NCBI GenBank assembly: GCA_964016885.1 | Contig: OZ024742.1 | Location: forward strand, 176,576,001 to 176,640,000 | Source of the DNA: Eledone cirrhosa | Lineage: Eukaryota | DNA length: 64,000 bases | Direction of reading: 5' to 3' | Part shown: piece after piece, positions 48,132 through 62,048 of the stretch | How the letters are laid out: each line of letters opens with the position of its first letter | Position numbering within the stretch: the stretch's first letter is position 1 | Made by a program: the position numbers and the translations under genes | Notes under the pieces: model-generated | The model's database searches: none | What the model saw: only the letters and a program-made list of their open reading frames with translations | Told to the model about the DNA's origin: nothing

Positions 48132-49145
48132 TTAAGCAAAATTCTAAAGTTCCAACTTTCTGTCGGACCGTTGGGTGGGTTTTAGCGGCGGCGCGACCGG
48201 CTCCCTGGCGAACGAGCTCACCTGGAGTGCTTGGAAAAATAAATTTCCCCTTCTTTCGGTAAATGAAAATACTCGGCGTGGCTTAATTCGCCATGGGGCC
48301 CGGGGCGCGGCCGGTGTTTTAACCGCCAAATAGTACCTTTAAATTACAGAACAAATCGGAACTATTAGATATATCAACCTGAAACTGTTGAGCTTTAAAT
48401 TCTCTAACCGCTTTAATATGGAATATTGATTACTAATTTTTTAACTTCATCCTATAAGTCTAAACATTGTAACACACTGACCCCCAATATATTCACCTCT
48501 GCTAAGATGCGGGTCCCTGTGAAAATTTTGTCGCGCCACTCCTGGCCCGACTGTGGTGTGACATTAATATCGACCTTCCTTCCTCTCTCTTTCTATCTTC
48601 CTTCTTGTAGCTATCAACCATTACTCTTTTACTTCTCTAAGCAAAATTTTAAAGTTCCAACTTTCTGTCGGACTGTCGGGTGGGTTTTAATGGCGGCGCG
48701 ACCAGCTCCCTGGCGAACGAGCTCACCTGGAGTGCTTGGAAAAATAAATTTCCCCTTCTTTCAGTAAATGAAAATACTCGGCGTAGCTTAATTCGCCATG
48801 GGGCCCGGGGCGCGGCCAGTGTTTTAACCGCCACATAGTACCCTTAAATTACAGAACAAATGGGAACTATTATATAATAAAATGTTAAACTGTTGAACTT
48901 TAAATTTTCTAACCTCTTTAATATTGAATATTGATTATTAATTTTTTTTAACTTCATCCTAGAAGTCTAAACACTGTAACACACTGACTCCCAATATATT
49001 CATCTCTGCTAAGATGCGGGTCCCTGTGAACATTTTCTCGCCCCACTCCTGGCTTGACTGTGGTCTGACATTAATATCGACCTTTCTTCCTCTTTCTTTC
49101 TATCTTCCTTCTTGTAGCCATCAACCCTTACTTTTCTACTTCTCT
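48132..49145. repeat. Tandem duplication of a 505-bp unit containing a GC-rich long hairpin
   Basis: AAAGTTCCAACTTTCTGTCGGAC at 48147 and 48652; both units align throughout. Confidence 0.9.
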
Positions 49146-49538
49146 CTTCTCTTCCTTCTCTTCTCCCCTCTTCCTGTCTTCCTCCCGCAGACTTATCTTC
49201 CTTCCACCTCTTGCTTGCCTATATCTGACCGGTAGTAGTTGCCTTTCTTCTTTTAGCTGACATTAACCCTGGCTTCTCTTCTTCTTTCTTCCCTCTTCTT
49301 CTCTCTCCTTCCTTTCTTTCTTTCTTTATTTTACCTTGTGTCATGAGATCGACGTTAACTTATGCTCCCATCCCTTTCTGTTTTCGTTTAACTGACCGGT
49401 AGTAGCATACTATAAACTTTGGCCACGTCACTCCTGGGCGACCGGCTGAGGTTGAAGGAACAGAATAGCGGTCGCCCTCGGGTCCTCGATTTTCAGCCCC
49501 ATGGACTTTATCTATTACATTCACGTATTATATTTCGA

Positions 49539-49597
49539 ATACCTGATGATATCACCGAAATTCATACGGAACACGGTCATTGAAATGATCATAGTAT
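49539..49597 (+). ncRNA. Minimal hammerhead motif; 3' flank also found at ~21650-21712
   Basis: ATAC-CTGATGA(49543)-..ACCG...CGGT..-GAAA(49582)-T-GATC-ATA/GTAT; palindromic stem III ATGATCAT. Confidence 0.65.
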
Positions 49598-49791
49598 AAT
49601 AAACCTTTCAAGGATTTACACAAATCCAGCCTCCTGTCATTTCATTATAATATTTAACTCCGTAATAGCACCACCAACTACAAAAACAAAGACGGTTGAA
49701 CTGCTTTACGTTGAGTACTCTCTATATTATTGCATTACGATTGACCATACGGAATAGACCTGCTCTATACAGTGGTGAACCTCAAACCTGA

Positions 49792-49891
<100 letters not shown>

Positions 49892-49937
49892 AATGAATAA
49901 TAACATGTAGACATCATATAAATGTAATTTATTCCGA

Positions 49938-50055
49938 GTACTTACAAATGTTTCAACAGTAGTTATACAGCCTATTCATGCTATGCGCAAATTGATAATT
50001 AATTGTTTGCAGAAACTCAATTTTCAAATGCTGCTTCTATCGTTTCCTCAGAGCA
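49938..50055 (-). ncRNA. Hammerhead motif with long stem II
   Basis: Minus strand TGCT-CTGAGGA-AACgaTAG...CTActGTT-GAAA-CAttTG-TA/AGTA; GUA triplet. Confidence 0.65.
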
Positions 50056-50267
50056 GAATACACTCCGGAATGCAGAAGGATCAGAATCTGAGTTTCTTCA
50101 ACTATTCTTCCATAACTCTTTGAGTAACCCCTCACCGTACGTTAACTCTATCTAGTGTAGTAATTAACCATTACTGCATTCAAGATAACCCTAAGCATTT
50201 CTTGCATAAAGTAATATATATATATAGTTAAAAGAATAGAGGTGTAACACACAAGTTATTATATATT

Positions 50268-50857
50268 GGTAAACGGAATAGAAAATGCTGACAAATTGTT
50301 CACAGTTGAAAGAATGGTTTAATTAGGAATAAAAGAGTATTAGTGATTGTATGGGTTAGTATTCAGTTGTGGTTTTAAGTTTTTAAGTTTTTACCGGTTG
50401 CGCATTTCTAAATGCTTTTCAAAAGTAATTTTGAGATAGTGTGTCCGTGCTGTTTGCTCTGATCTGATTAGTTTTGGGAATTCTACCTGATTTTATGTTA
50501 AAAAAGTGGCTCCAGCGTTACTTTGGTGTTGCAAAAATTCTTGTGGTCAAAACAATTTTGATTGGTCGGTAGAGGTTTGACCACAAGAATTTTTGCAACA
50601 CCAAAGTAACGCTGGAGCCACTTTTTTAACATAAAAACAGGTAGAATTCCCAAAACTAATCAGATCAGAGCAAACAGCACGGACACTCTATCTCAAAATT
50701 ATTTTTGAAAAGCATTTAGAAATGCGCAACCGGTAAAAACTTAAAAACTTAAAACCACAACTGAATACTAACCCATACAATCACTAATACTCTTTTATTC
50801 CTAATTAAACCATTTTTCAACTGTGAACAATTTGTCAGCATTTTCTATTCCGTTTAC

Positions 50858-50858
<1 letters not shown>
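50268..50858. repeat. Inverted repeat, ~284-bp arms (50268-50551 and 50576-50858), 24-bp spacer
   Basis: GGTAAACGGAATAG...TGTGGTCAAA / TTTGACCACA...CTATTCCGTTTACC with a few mismatches; the uninverted longer copy at 7521-7873 contains the spacer. Confidence 0.95.
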
Positions 50859-50905
<47 letters not shown>

Positions 50906-51173
50906 CAGATTAAAGTTTAAGCAAAGAATCGCTGCTTTCACCCTTAACGGGATCTTCGGAAACTAACAAAGTCAATCTGTAAACGCAGAAGTGGATATTT
51001 CAAAAAACGTTGCAACCGGAGGAAGGAGGAAGGCGATACTTTGGTTCGTGGAAACGGTCCCTTCCTTTAATCTGTTATTTTAATAAATATTTGCTCTACG
51101 GTTCTTATATATTTGATATATATTTATCCTTATCGAGCCCTCTTTGGATGTTAGTCTCCAAATTTCTTATTAT

Positions 51174-51216
<43 letters not shown>

Positions 51217-51444
51217 TATATAATGTTAAGCAATGAAAGATTAAGACATCGGGAACCTGTTAATTAAGCCATCGTTTTTCAATCGTTTCAGAGAGCAAAG
51301 TTATCAACGCGCGGAAGAATAGATATTAGTTATGGAACTCCATTCTCCTCGCTATTGTCTAACCACAGTAACGTTATATACTGAAGGAAAATCAAGATTT
51401 TAGAGGCGTGCAAGATGTGTGCCGGTGGGATTTAATGTCTGAGG

Positions 51445-51493
<49 letters not shown>

Positions 51494-51850
51494 GACGTGA
51501 GAGTTAAACATGTATTCAAACATATGACTTAGTAAACAGTTTCACTGGTATTATATTCTTCTTAATCCTTATTGACTATTGTATTGGATATTCAGTGTTC
51601 CGTGAAAGTTCATTGTTAAAAAATTACTGAATATTTCACTTATCATAGCATGAATTGAATTGTTTCAAACATAATGTATATGCTTCATATTTTAGTCGTA
51701 GTTACTTGTAATATATGACACATATACACACACATAAACACACTCACACACACGCTCAAACACAGACACCTCCACAGACACAGACACACACATATATGTA
51801 TATATACATATATGTATGTATATATATATATGTATATATACATATATTTG

Positions 51851-51882
<32 letters not shown>

Positions 51883-51920
51883 CATATATTTGTATATATA
51901 TATATATATATACATATATT

Positions 51921-51984
<64 letters not shown>

Positions 51985-52070
51985 TTTGTATATATATATA
52001 TATATATATATTTGTATATATATATATATATTTGTATATATATATATATATATATATACATACACGTACA

Positions 52071-52127
<57 letters not shown>

Positions 52128-52140
52128 ATATACGTATATG

Positions 52141-52175
<35 letters not shown>

Positions 52176-53528
52176 ACATATTTATACATATTTACGTGAA
52201 GAGAGAAAGTGAGAATGTGAGGAAGATAGACAGAAGCGGGAATGTGTGAAAAATCGAGAGAACTAATACTGAAACGCCAGAGAAAGCGAGATCGAAGGAA
52301 AAGTGGGAGGAAGTGAGAGAAGTAAAGAGAGTGTGTGAGAGCGAGAGGATGAGAGAAGTATGTTGTAGTTGGCTGATATATTTGCATATATCTACCCCAC
52401 CCACACAAATATGATTTAAATATTCTAAGGATTGTGGATGAATCTTACAATGGCTTTCCAATAATTTACTTTCTCTTACATTCTTAATATTTGCTGGATT
52501 TTTGCTTAATTTTACGTTTATATTTTTGTATTCCTTTCTGCTTCTTTACATTTTATTTTCTCTTGCCTTGTTGTTTATATGTTTGCTGGTTTTTTCCTTT
52601 TCTTTCGTTTGTCCTTCTTCTTCCTTATTTATTTTTATTTTCTCTTCTTTTCTTGCAGTTGGTTTTGTTATTACTGTTGTCGTTCTGAAGCTTAAACAGA
52701 GAAAATCATGATAGAACATAAAAGCTTATAGAAAACAAAATTCATAAATATAAAAAATACAACAAAATGTGCATAACAGACAAAATGTTTCCTAAAGCAA
52801 AAGCATTTTTTCTTCAAATAGAAAATTAACAAAGAGAAATCAATATTTAAACTGACTGAAGGAAAATATTCTATGTAGAGAATCTTTAGGAGCAATTGCG
52901 AACATTTTCTATGTGAAAACTAAACAATACTAAAAAAAAAATAACGCAAAACAAAATTAATATTTGCAAAGTATTCTTGTTAAAGTCGATCTCAAAAGTA
53001 TTGTTTCCATATGCCTTCTGGGTTGTAAAGAATTATATATTTTTGAACGACATGGAAAGAAATATGACAAGATTGAATAATGATAGCTTTTGGTAATGAT
53101 AGTTTTTTGATAATGCTGTGGCTAAATATATAGACGAATATATTCCTGTTCACTGTATATAATCAAGAGTTGGTGATTTATGGTGGTCGATAGCGTGCTG
53201 GGCTAACAAGCTTAAATATCAATGATTCATGTTCAGAGTAAGATTAAGACATTTAGTGGCCCTAATGACCGAAAAGATTATAGTACCACTCGTATACTGA
53301 ACATGGAATACATTCTAATATAGCATACTGGGAAAATACTCTATGGGTCCACTCTTTAATGAAGCTCTAAGCTCGTGTTTATTTTGCTTAATGGTTAATC
53401 TAGATTTGTACATGTTCCACTTCACCTATTTCTAGACGTTTCGCTCCAAAGACAATATTCTTCATATTCGCATGCTCCATATACGTATTTATATGCAGAG
53501 ACCTCATTACAAACATTGGATCATTATA

Positions 53529-53719
53529 GGGCGGTGGATTGGCAGTATCGGTAGAGGGTCGGACGCCATGCTTTGTAGCACAGTTACGTCCCTCTACGGA
53601 CTGAGTTCAAATCCCGCCGAGGTTAACTTTGCCTTTCATCCTTACGGGATCGATAAAATAAAATACCAGTAATACACTGGATAATTGCTGGCCTTGTGCC
53701 AAAAAGTGGAAACAATTAT
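53529..53719 (+). mobile_element. Full-length ~190-bp tRNA-SINE
   Basis: A box TGGCAGTATCGG, B box GAGTTCAAATCC, conserved body. Confidence 0.92.
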
Positions 53720-55562
53720 ATGATGATTGATTCCCCCGTTGATTTCTCAGTTGTTTTATCAACCTAATACACGACTATTGAATCAAATGAAAATGGTTCA
53801 GCAATCCACAGACACGAGTATCCTTAACGCCTGACTCAGGAATTAACGTGTAAAGTGTTCAATAATCCACAGACAATATTGAATGGTTGAGTATTCCAGA
53901 GAAATGAGTAGCCTTGAGACCGGACCCAGGAATTAAGGAGTAACTTATTGAGTACTCATCTTAAAAGCATAACCATAAAATGATTCCCAAGTTCAATCAG
54001 TATGACACAACATTTGACATAGACAGATCATTGAATTAGTTAGAATTTATTTGACGGGCTTTCATACAGTTTCGTCTGTTCAATTTAACTTGCAAAGCTT
54101 GGATCAACCAAGCGCTGTGACAAAAAAACGTGCCTAAGATGGATCAAACTGGACACCCCATGAATGAGAAGCGAACTTCTTAACCACTCAGTCATGCTTA
54201 CATTAAATATATAACTTATGAATATTAGATGCATTGAAGATCTAAATTTAACCACGTCATATTTTGATATTCAGCCTGTCATGTCCACAATCTGTCGAAT
54301 TTCTATCAACCAGAAATAGAGCAGAACACATATTTGACCAACACACTTTTATGTAGATATTAAACCAACCCTGGAGGCCCTACCAGGGTTTATTTGAAGG
54401 AAATTTTAGAACTACACACATCTTTGTGGCAGGTGTCATGATCCAATATTTTGCTTTCTCAAAGTCTGAAAAGCATTTGTAAAGGCTATTCCTAACATTT
54501 CATGAGTCTTTTAAGTTTTTAATCATTATTTACTATGTAGGAGCATATAGTATTTGACAGAAAATGTAAATTTGTGTACACACTTAGATTTAGAACTACA
54601 CAAGTATGAGGAAAACTCCATATTAAAACAATGTCTGGTCATAACTTATATATGTTAAATCACACAAACATATAAACTTTGTGTGTCTGTGTGTATGTGC
54701 GTGTGTGTGTGCTTGTTGAACCTAATACATTTCCGACAATGAGTACTCCAGTTGTTCGAACGACAGAACAGACTGCTCATGAAATTAACGTGTGCGCTTA
54801 GCGAAGTTCTCAGAGAGACTCAATGTGATGCAGTGTGTGAAAAGCTGTCGTTTTGATTGACTGGTATAGATTATTCTATTCAGCTGAGTGAATTAGAACA
54901 ATGGAAATTAAAGTGACTTACTCAAGAACAACGCATCTCCGTGTATCGAAATCAAGACCTTACTATCGTCAACTGAAAACGCCTAGGCACTACATCACGT
55001 GCCTTAGCTACTACAGAATAGTACACAACATATATTACTTAACCAGTATAAAGTATCAATCCAACTGCTGCATAATTGAGAGAGAATAAACTATAATCAT
55101 ACACCTAGTGTGTTTGTTTATTTATTTATATATATATTTCTGGCTGTAAATCGAAAATTTACACACAATGTATTTCCTATCTCAGCCATATTGCTACATT
55201 GAGAAGTTTACTTTTCATTCGCCACGTCCTGGGCATTATATGTGTATACTTGTACGCAAATGTATATATATGCGCAGGGACATAGAAATAATCGGGTTGG
55301 TAACCTGATCACGCGCTTAAACCACTGGGAGTGAAGCACCCTAACCTTTGTCAGGGCATTATTCTAGGGAGAGGCAACTCAGGAAACTGGGATAACTCCG
55401 ACATAAAACCTGCGCCTCAGTAGTTACCGATGTTGTTGATCTTTTCGGGTTATAGCTACTGTTGCTCAGAGAGTGCGATTGGCTCAGTGCACAGTCTTGA
55501 CTCACTTTAAAAATAATCTTCACGCACAGGCATTGCACGGTAGCATTAATTAATAATTATTA

Positions 55563-55749
55563 ATAATTGTTTCTACTTTAGGCACAAGGCCAGCAATTAC
55601 CCAGTGCATTACTGGTACTTTATTTTATCGACCCCGTAAGGATGAAAGGCAAAGTCAACCTCGGCGGGATTTGAACTCAGATCGTAAAGGGACGTAACTA
55701 TGCTGGAAAGCATGGCGTCCGACCCTCTACCGATACTGCCAATCCACCG
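55563..55749 (-). mobile_element. Full-length, young ~190-bp tRNA-SINE
   Basis: Reverse complement closely matches the family consensus seen at 12374 and 53529. Confidence 0.92.
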
Positions 55750-56751
55750 TTTTAATAATTATTAATAATGCAATATCGTGCAATGGCCATACTCGAGAAC
55801 GAGGGGTAGGCATCATATATGTATAGCAGCGAATTGGTTGAGTCATTAGAACGTCGAATAGAATACTTTGCGATATTCCTTTCAGCTATCTGTTCGTTGA
55901 GTTCATATCCCGCCAAGGTTAAATTTATCTTCCATTCAAGGTCGATGAAAATGTACCAGTCTAGTACTAGTGTCGATTTTTCTTTCATGTCTCTTTCTCA
56001 CTTTCATTCTCTCACTCCCTCTACAGTTCACTGAACGAAATTGTCGTACGTGAATACGGCACCACTACAACATCCTCGAAAGTTACAGGACCATACATAC
56101 AAGTGTGTGTGTATGTTTGTGTGAGTGTATGTATGAGTGTATGTATTTATGTATGCGTGTGTGGGTGTATGTATGGACGTATATATTTATGTATGTATGT
56201 GTGTGTGAATGTATGTGTGTATATGTGTGGGTGTATGTATGTATGCATGTATGTATTTATTTTTTTTTTTGAGCGACAGACCCCTAGTCTTCATTAAGCC
56301 ATCTCTCTAGGAGAAAGTCATCCTGATATAAAACCTGAGATTTCGTTTGCATCCAATGCTGTAGACCATTTCTTCTTTTGGGGTAAATACAATCGATATT
56401 CAGAGAGTAAGATTGGCCCCCTGCAAAGCCTTTCCTCGCGGAAAAAGGCTTCAAGCACAGGTATTGCTTGGTATGTGACATTTTTTGCGATGCATGGTAT
56501 TGCTGGCTATAGGCAAGTCCCTAGCAGGGATGAAAAGCAATACCCGTGATGCTCATGCTTAAGTATCAAGCGATGGCATTCCTCTAAATCGAATTGCAGT
56601 CATCATGTATATATGCATGGTCCAATGCCTCTTGATGGGATCGTATGGGAGCCGTCATGACAAACAGTGAATTTTATGCACATTAAAACTGGTGGAGCCT
56701 TTCCGTCTTCCTGGGTCCGAACACAGCCGATGTCTCCCAGAAAATGTAGTA

Positions 56752-56872
<121 letters not shown>

Positions 56873-57581
56873 GGTGCTAGAACTGGGCTGGTACTGTTTT
56901 AATGTTTTTATCAACCCTGAAAGCATGAAAGTCAAAGTTGAACACTGCAGGATTTGAACTGAGATACCACAAAATCCCAGAACGATTCTGCCAATTCGCT
57001 GCATACATTATTATATAAATAATTGAATCACATAGTAACACATATCAACACGACATAGCAACACGAAGCCTCACATAGCAAATGTTCATAGGAAAACGGC
57101 AAATAATAAAATACAACAACACAATACCTTGAACAATAAGAGTAGAAGGCACGTTATTTGTTATTCGACTCATGCTTTCGGAGAATTCTGCATTAGTTTG
57201 TTGCCTGAAACCTGAAATCTCTTGATCTGATATAAATATACATCAGCCCACTGCTATAATGAACTTTTCAGATCATATCACGCTAAACATCAAAATGTGT
57301 ATACATAGATAGATACGTATAAGTATATACTATCTATTTGTGCAATACTTGGTTTTAACATTTGTGTATAAATAATTTATATATGTTTATATAGGCGCAT
57401 ATATAGCTATGTAGTTAAGTAGTTCGCTTCCTAGCCATGTGGTTTCTGGTTCATTCTAGCTGTGTAGCACCTTTGGTAAATATTTGCTACTATAGCTCGC
57501 TCGGACTGACTAATGACTCGTGAATGATATTTGGTTGATGGAAAATGCAGAAGCACGCACTGTACACACATACATTGGCGC

Positions 57582-57638
<57 letters not shown>

Positions 57639-57645
57639 AACACAT

Positions 57646-57899
57646 CACCAACACATCACCCAACTCCTTCCATTCAAATTAGAAGTTACATTCTTAGCGA
57701 GTATAAATGACAAGTAAGTATGTTTTGAAACAGTGAGCAGGTTTGGAGGCTAACATTTCTTTAGTCAAAAATACGGTGAAAGCTATTCTATTTTCTAATT
57801 TCAAACATGCTCAGTTTCAAAACATACATACTTGTCATTTATACTCGCTAAGAATGTAGCTTCTAATTTGAAGGGAAGGAGATGAGTGATGTGTTGGTG
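57646..57899. repeat. Inverted repeat with ~100-bp arms, part of a tRNA-containing repeat family (also 57960-58130, 59800-60033, 61145-61290)
   Basis: CACCAACACATCAC..TTCAAATTAGAAG.TACATTCTTAGCGAGTATAAATGACAAG / CTTGTCATTTATACTCGCTAAGAATGTAGCTTCTAATTTGAA..GTGATGTGTTGGTG. Confidence 0.85.
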
Positions 57900-57958
57900 C
57901 AATGGTAGCACAGTGGTCTGGATCACCAAAGATGTGGGTTCGACTCCCATGTACGTCA
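57888..57958 (+). tRNA. tRNA-like cloverleaf (pseudo-tRNA or repeat head; atypical anticodon loop CT-GGA-TC)
   Basis: Acceptor GATGTGT/GTACGTC with G-U pairs, D arm GTGC-AATGGTA-GCAC, anticodon arm TGGT/ACCA, T arm GTGGG-TTCGACT-CCCAT. Confidence 0.55.
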
Positions 57959-59829
57959 ATACACATCTTTTTCCATTTATCTGAGGGTTCTAAAACCCAT
58001 TATCAGTCTAAAATTTCTTTAGTAAAAAATACGGTGAAAGCTATTCTATTTTCTAATTTCAAACCTGCTCACTGTTTCAAAACATACTTAATTGTCATAT
58101 ATATATATATATATATATATGACAAGTAAGTATGTATATATGTGTGTATGGGTGTGTGTGTCAGTCCCTGGTTCAATCGCGGGTAATTAAAGTCAGTAGT
58201 AAGAGTACTCAATATATTAGTAGAGTGTAAACATCAAGTTTAATATAGAAATGGCTTCTACATGTCTAGAACTGTTGAAATCCTGCGTTCAAATTCCACC
58301 GGCTACACATTTGTCTCTCATCATTCTGCGGTCGATAATTAAATACCTGTGTAGTACTAGGATTTATTCTTCATCTATATCTCTTTTTCACTTCCTCTCT
58401 GTCACTTTCTTTACCATGGGAGAAATTAGCCGAATTTAGATCTAAAAGTACCCAAGTAATGCCGCATGTCACTACAGCGCCACTATGACTCTACCACATG
58501 TTACGGGCTATAAGTATATATTTATTGAAAAAAAACCTTCTATCATACTTTTATATAAGAACCTGTATTAATTTATGCTCGAAATGCCAGCTTCATAATG
58601 GAGTAATTAGTTATAATACTCAATCCTTTGAAATTCTTGATTATTTTGTAAAATTATTTGGAAATTATAGGCAGTGTCTTACATTCAAAATATGAGGATG
58701 AAAGGGGCATGGCTAGATGTGTGTCTGTGTCTGTGTGTGTGTCTGTGTGTGTCTGTGTGTGCGTGTGTGTGTGTGTGTGTATGTGTGTGTGTGTGTGTGT
58801 GTATGTGTGCGGGTGTGTGTGTGTATGCGTGTGTGCGTTTCATTTGTGTTGATTGTCTGTGTGATTTGGCTGTATGTGTTTGTGTTAGTTGGTTTATGTG
58901 TTGATTGCGTGTTTGTGTATGTGATGTTGCGCTTGTGTTAAAGTCTGTAAATAGAGTTTTTAATTTCGGGCGTGTGTATTTGTATTGGTTCTATATATAT
59001 ATATGTGAATACATTACGTGTAGGGTGAATTAGCGATCTCTTTCAAGTAGATATATGCGTGCGTGGGTGTGGTGAATGTGATTTATTGCTGAGTATGAGT
59101 GTATATATGTTGGTGTGTCTTGGTGCGGATGTGTGTGTGTGTGTGTGTGTATGTTTGCATAAACATGTGTTTGATTTGTTTGTGCGTGTGAGTGTGTGTG
59201 TGTGTGTGTGTGCGTGTGCGTCGTGGTTGTGTGTGAGACTGAGCGCATTTGATATACATCACACTTTAGAAACATCAAATGTACATGTTGTCAACATAAG
59301 TCAATAAATTATTCTTTTCAAAGTATTCCCCATAAATGGCGGCCACTATAACATGTACAGTGACGTCATAGAGATTTCTTTATGTGAAAAATATTGCTTT
59401 CTTTCTTTCCTTCTTTCCCATCATCTCTCTTTTTCTCTCTCTCCCATCGTCTCTCTTTCTCTCTTTCAATCCCACACTTTTCTGTTCCATTTACATCATT
59501 ATTTCTTTCTCTTCTTCCACCAACACGACGATGACCACCACCACGCTCCTTCCATAACACAACCCTTCCAACATCACCCTCCTCCAACCACCATCACCCC
59601 TCCCGCTCCTTTTCCCTCCAATATTATATTTTGACGTTTCCAATCAATTTGCCAATAGGTGATTATTTATAAACAACGGAAATAGCTTGAAGACGAATAC
59701 ATCAGCAATACACGCCCACCTATATATATATATATGTATGTATGTATATATACATACATGTATACACACACACACACAAATATATATATTTCAGGTAAGA
59801 ATATTTTCGAAACAGCGAGCGAGTTTGAA

Positions 59830-60026
59830 ATTATAAATGTAAGCTATCGCCGTATTTTGACTAAAGAAATGAAAGACAATTATTCAGCCTGATAGTGGGG
59901 TTAAGAACACCCCGGGGAAATGGAAAAAGTTGAGCCTTGACGTACATGTACGTCAATACTCATCTCTTTCCATTTCTAAGTAATTTTCTTTAATTTCTTT
60001 AGTCAATATACGGCGATAGCTTACAT

Positions 60027-60033
<7 letters not shown>
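59830..60033. repeat. Imperfect palindrome centred on TTGACGTACA|TGTACGTCAA (59946/59947)
   Basis: Outer arms ATTATAAATGTAAGCTATCGCCGTAT.TTGACTAAAGAAAT and its reverse complement. Confidence 0.85.
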
Positions 60034-60065
<32 letters not shown>

Positions 60066-60152
60066 GTTTCAGCCATTCCGGCTGAGGCCATGCTGGGGCA
60101 CCGCCCTTTATATATATATATATAATATATTATATATATATATATATATATA

Positions 60153-60254
<102 letters not shown>

Positions 60255-60284
60255 ATAATATATATATATATATATATAATATAT

Positions 60285-60344
<60 letters not shown>

Positions 60345-60390
60345 TATATATATATATATATATATAATATATTATATATATATATATATA

Positions 60391-60463
<73 letters not shown>

Positions 60464-60568
60464 ATATATATATATATATAATATATAATATATTATATAT
60501 ATAATATATTAATATATATAATATATTATAATATATATATATATATATATATAATATAATATATTATA

Positions 60569-60768
60569 NNNNNNNNNNNNNNNNNNNNNNNNNNNNNNNN
60601 NNNNNNNNNNNNNNNNNNNNNNNNNNNNNNNNNNNNNNNNNNNNNNNNNNNNNNNNNNNNNNNNNNNNNNNNNNNNNNNNNNNNNNNNNNNNNNNNNNNN
60701 NNNNNNNNNNNNNNNNNNNNNNNNNNNNNNNNNNNNNNNNNNNNNNNNNNNNNNNNNNNNNNNNNNNN
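60569..60768. other. Assembly gap (200 N) inside a >1-kb (TA)n tract
   Basis: Run of N. Confidence 1.
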
Positions 60769-61022
<254 letters not shown>

Positions 61023-61046
61023 TATAATAGATATATATATATATAT

Positions 61047-61134
<88 letters not shown>

Positions 61135-62048
61135 ATGTATATATAGTAAGTATGTTTTTGAAAAGGCGAGCGAGTTTGAAAATTAGAAATAGAAGCTTTC
61201 GCCGTATTTTTTTTACTAAAGAAATCTTAACCCGATAGTGGTGTTTAAATCCCTCTTTTGAGGGTTCTAAACCCACACATCTTACCTTCAAACCCCTCAC
61301 GTTCAGGGTGGGTAGACCCCGGCTGTATCTCTTTCCTATTTACAAACTAAGATAGAGGAAACCCCAAGCATACTTAGGTAGAAGTAGACTTTTTTTCTTT
61401 TTTTCTTTTTCTTTTTTCTTCATTAGTTACAAACTCTAATTACACTTAGGTGGATCTTTGCATATCTACACTATTATATTCAGTACCTATTCTTCCTTAG
61501 GTTAACCCAAATATTTTCACTCTTGTTAAATATACATATTACCGGCCGAACAAATAGCCATGGCTTTTTTTCCGGGTGTATCATTATGGAAGATAATATT
61601 GATAAATTACCACATTGGGGTGACGTTCCAGTGCATTGAAGTAACTAATAACTATATTATATTTATTAGGAATTTAATTAGTATTAACTTCTATATGCTT
61701 TGACCTTTAGCCAACTGTTAGACCAGGCATACTCAATTTCACTGTACACGATTCCTTGATTCTCAATACATTGATTTTAAACCCATTATAGATAGCTGTA
61801 AAGAATTCTCTCTTAACGCATGACTGGCCTGGCACCCACAGGTCAGAATGTCATCTTACTCCCTCCCCTTTGTTCTGCAGGCCCGTTCACCCCCACCTTC
61901 GTCGCTATGAAGGAATTTAACTATCCATATGACATCCCAAAATCATTGCCCACTCCCCCTGACAGAAAAGAAAAAAAACAACAATTTTTAGGTTTCTTTA
62001 ACATGATACTTCTACTGTGTTTTGATTGCATGCTCATATATGGACTGT

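Noticed and set aside
48144-48834. Twin 61-aa minus-strand ORFs
   Set aside because: Non-ATG starts; similarity is explained by the recent 505-bp duplication.
57888-57958. Functional tRNA-Ser(GGA) gene
   Set aside because: No long variable arm, atypical anticodon loop, several G-U pairs in the acceptor stem and embedded in a repeat; kept only as tRNA-like.
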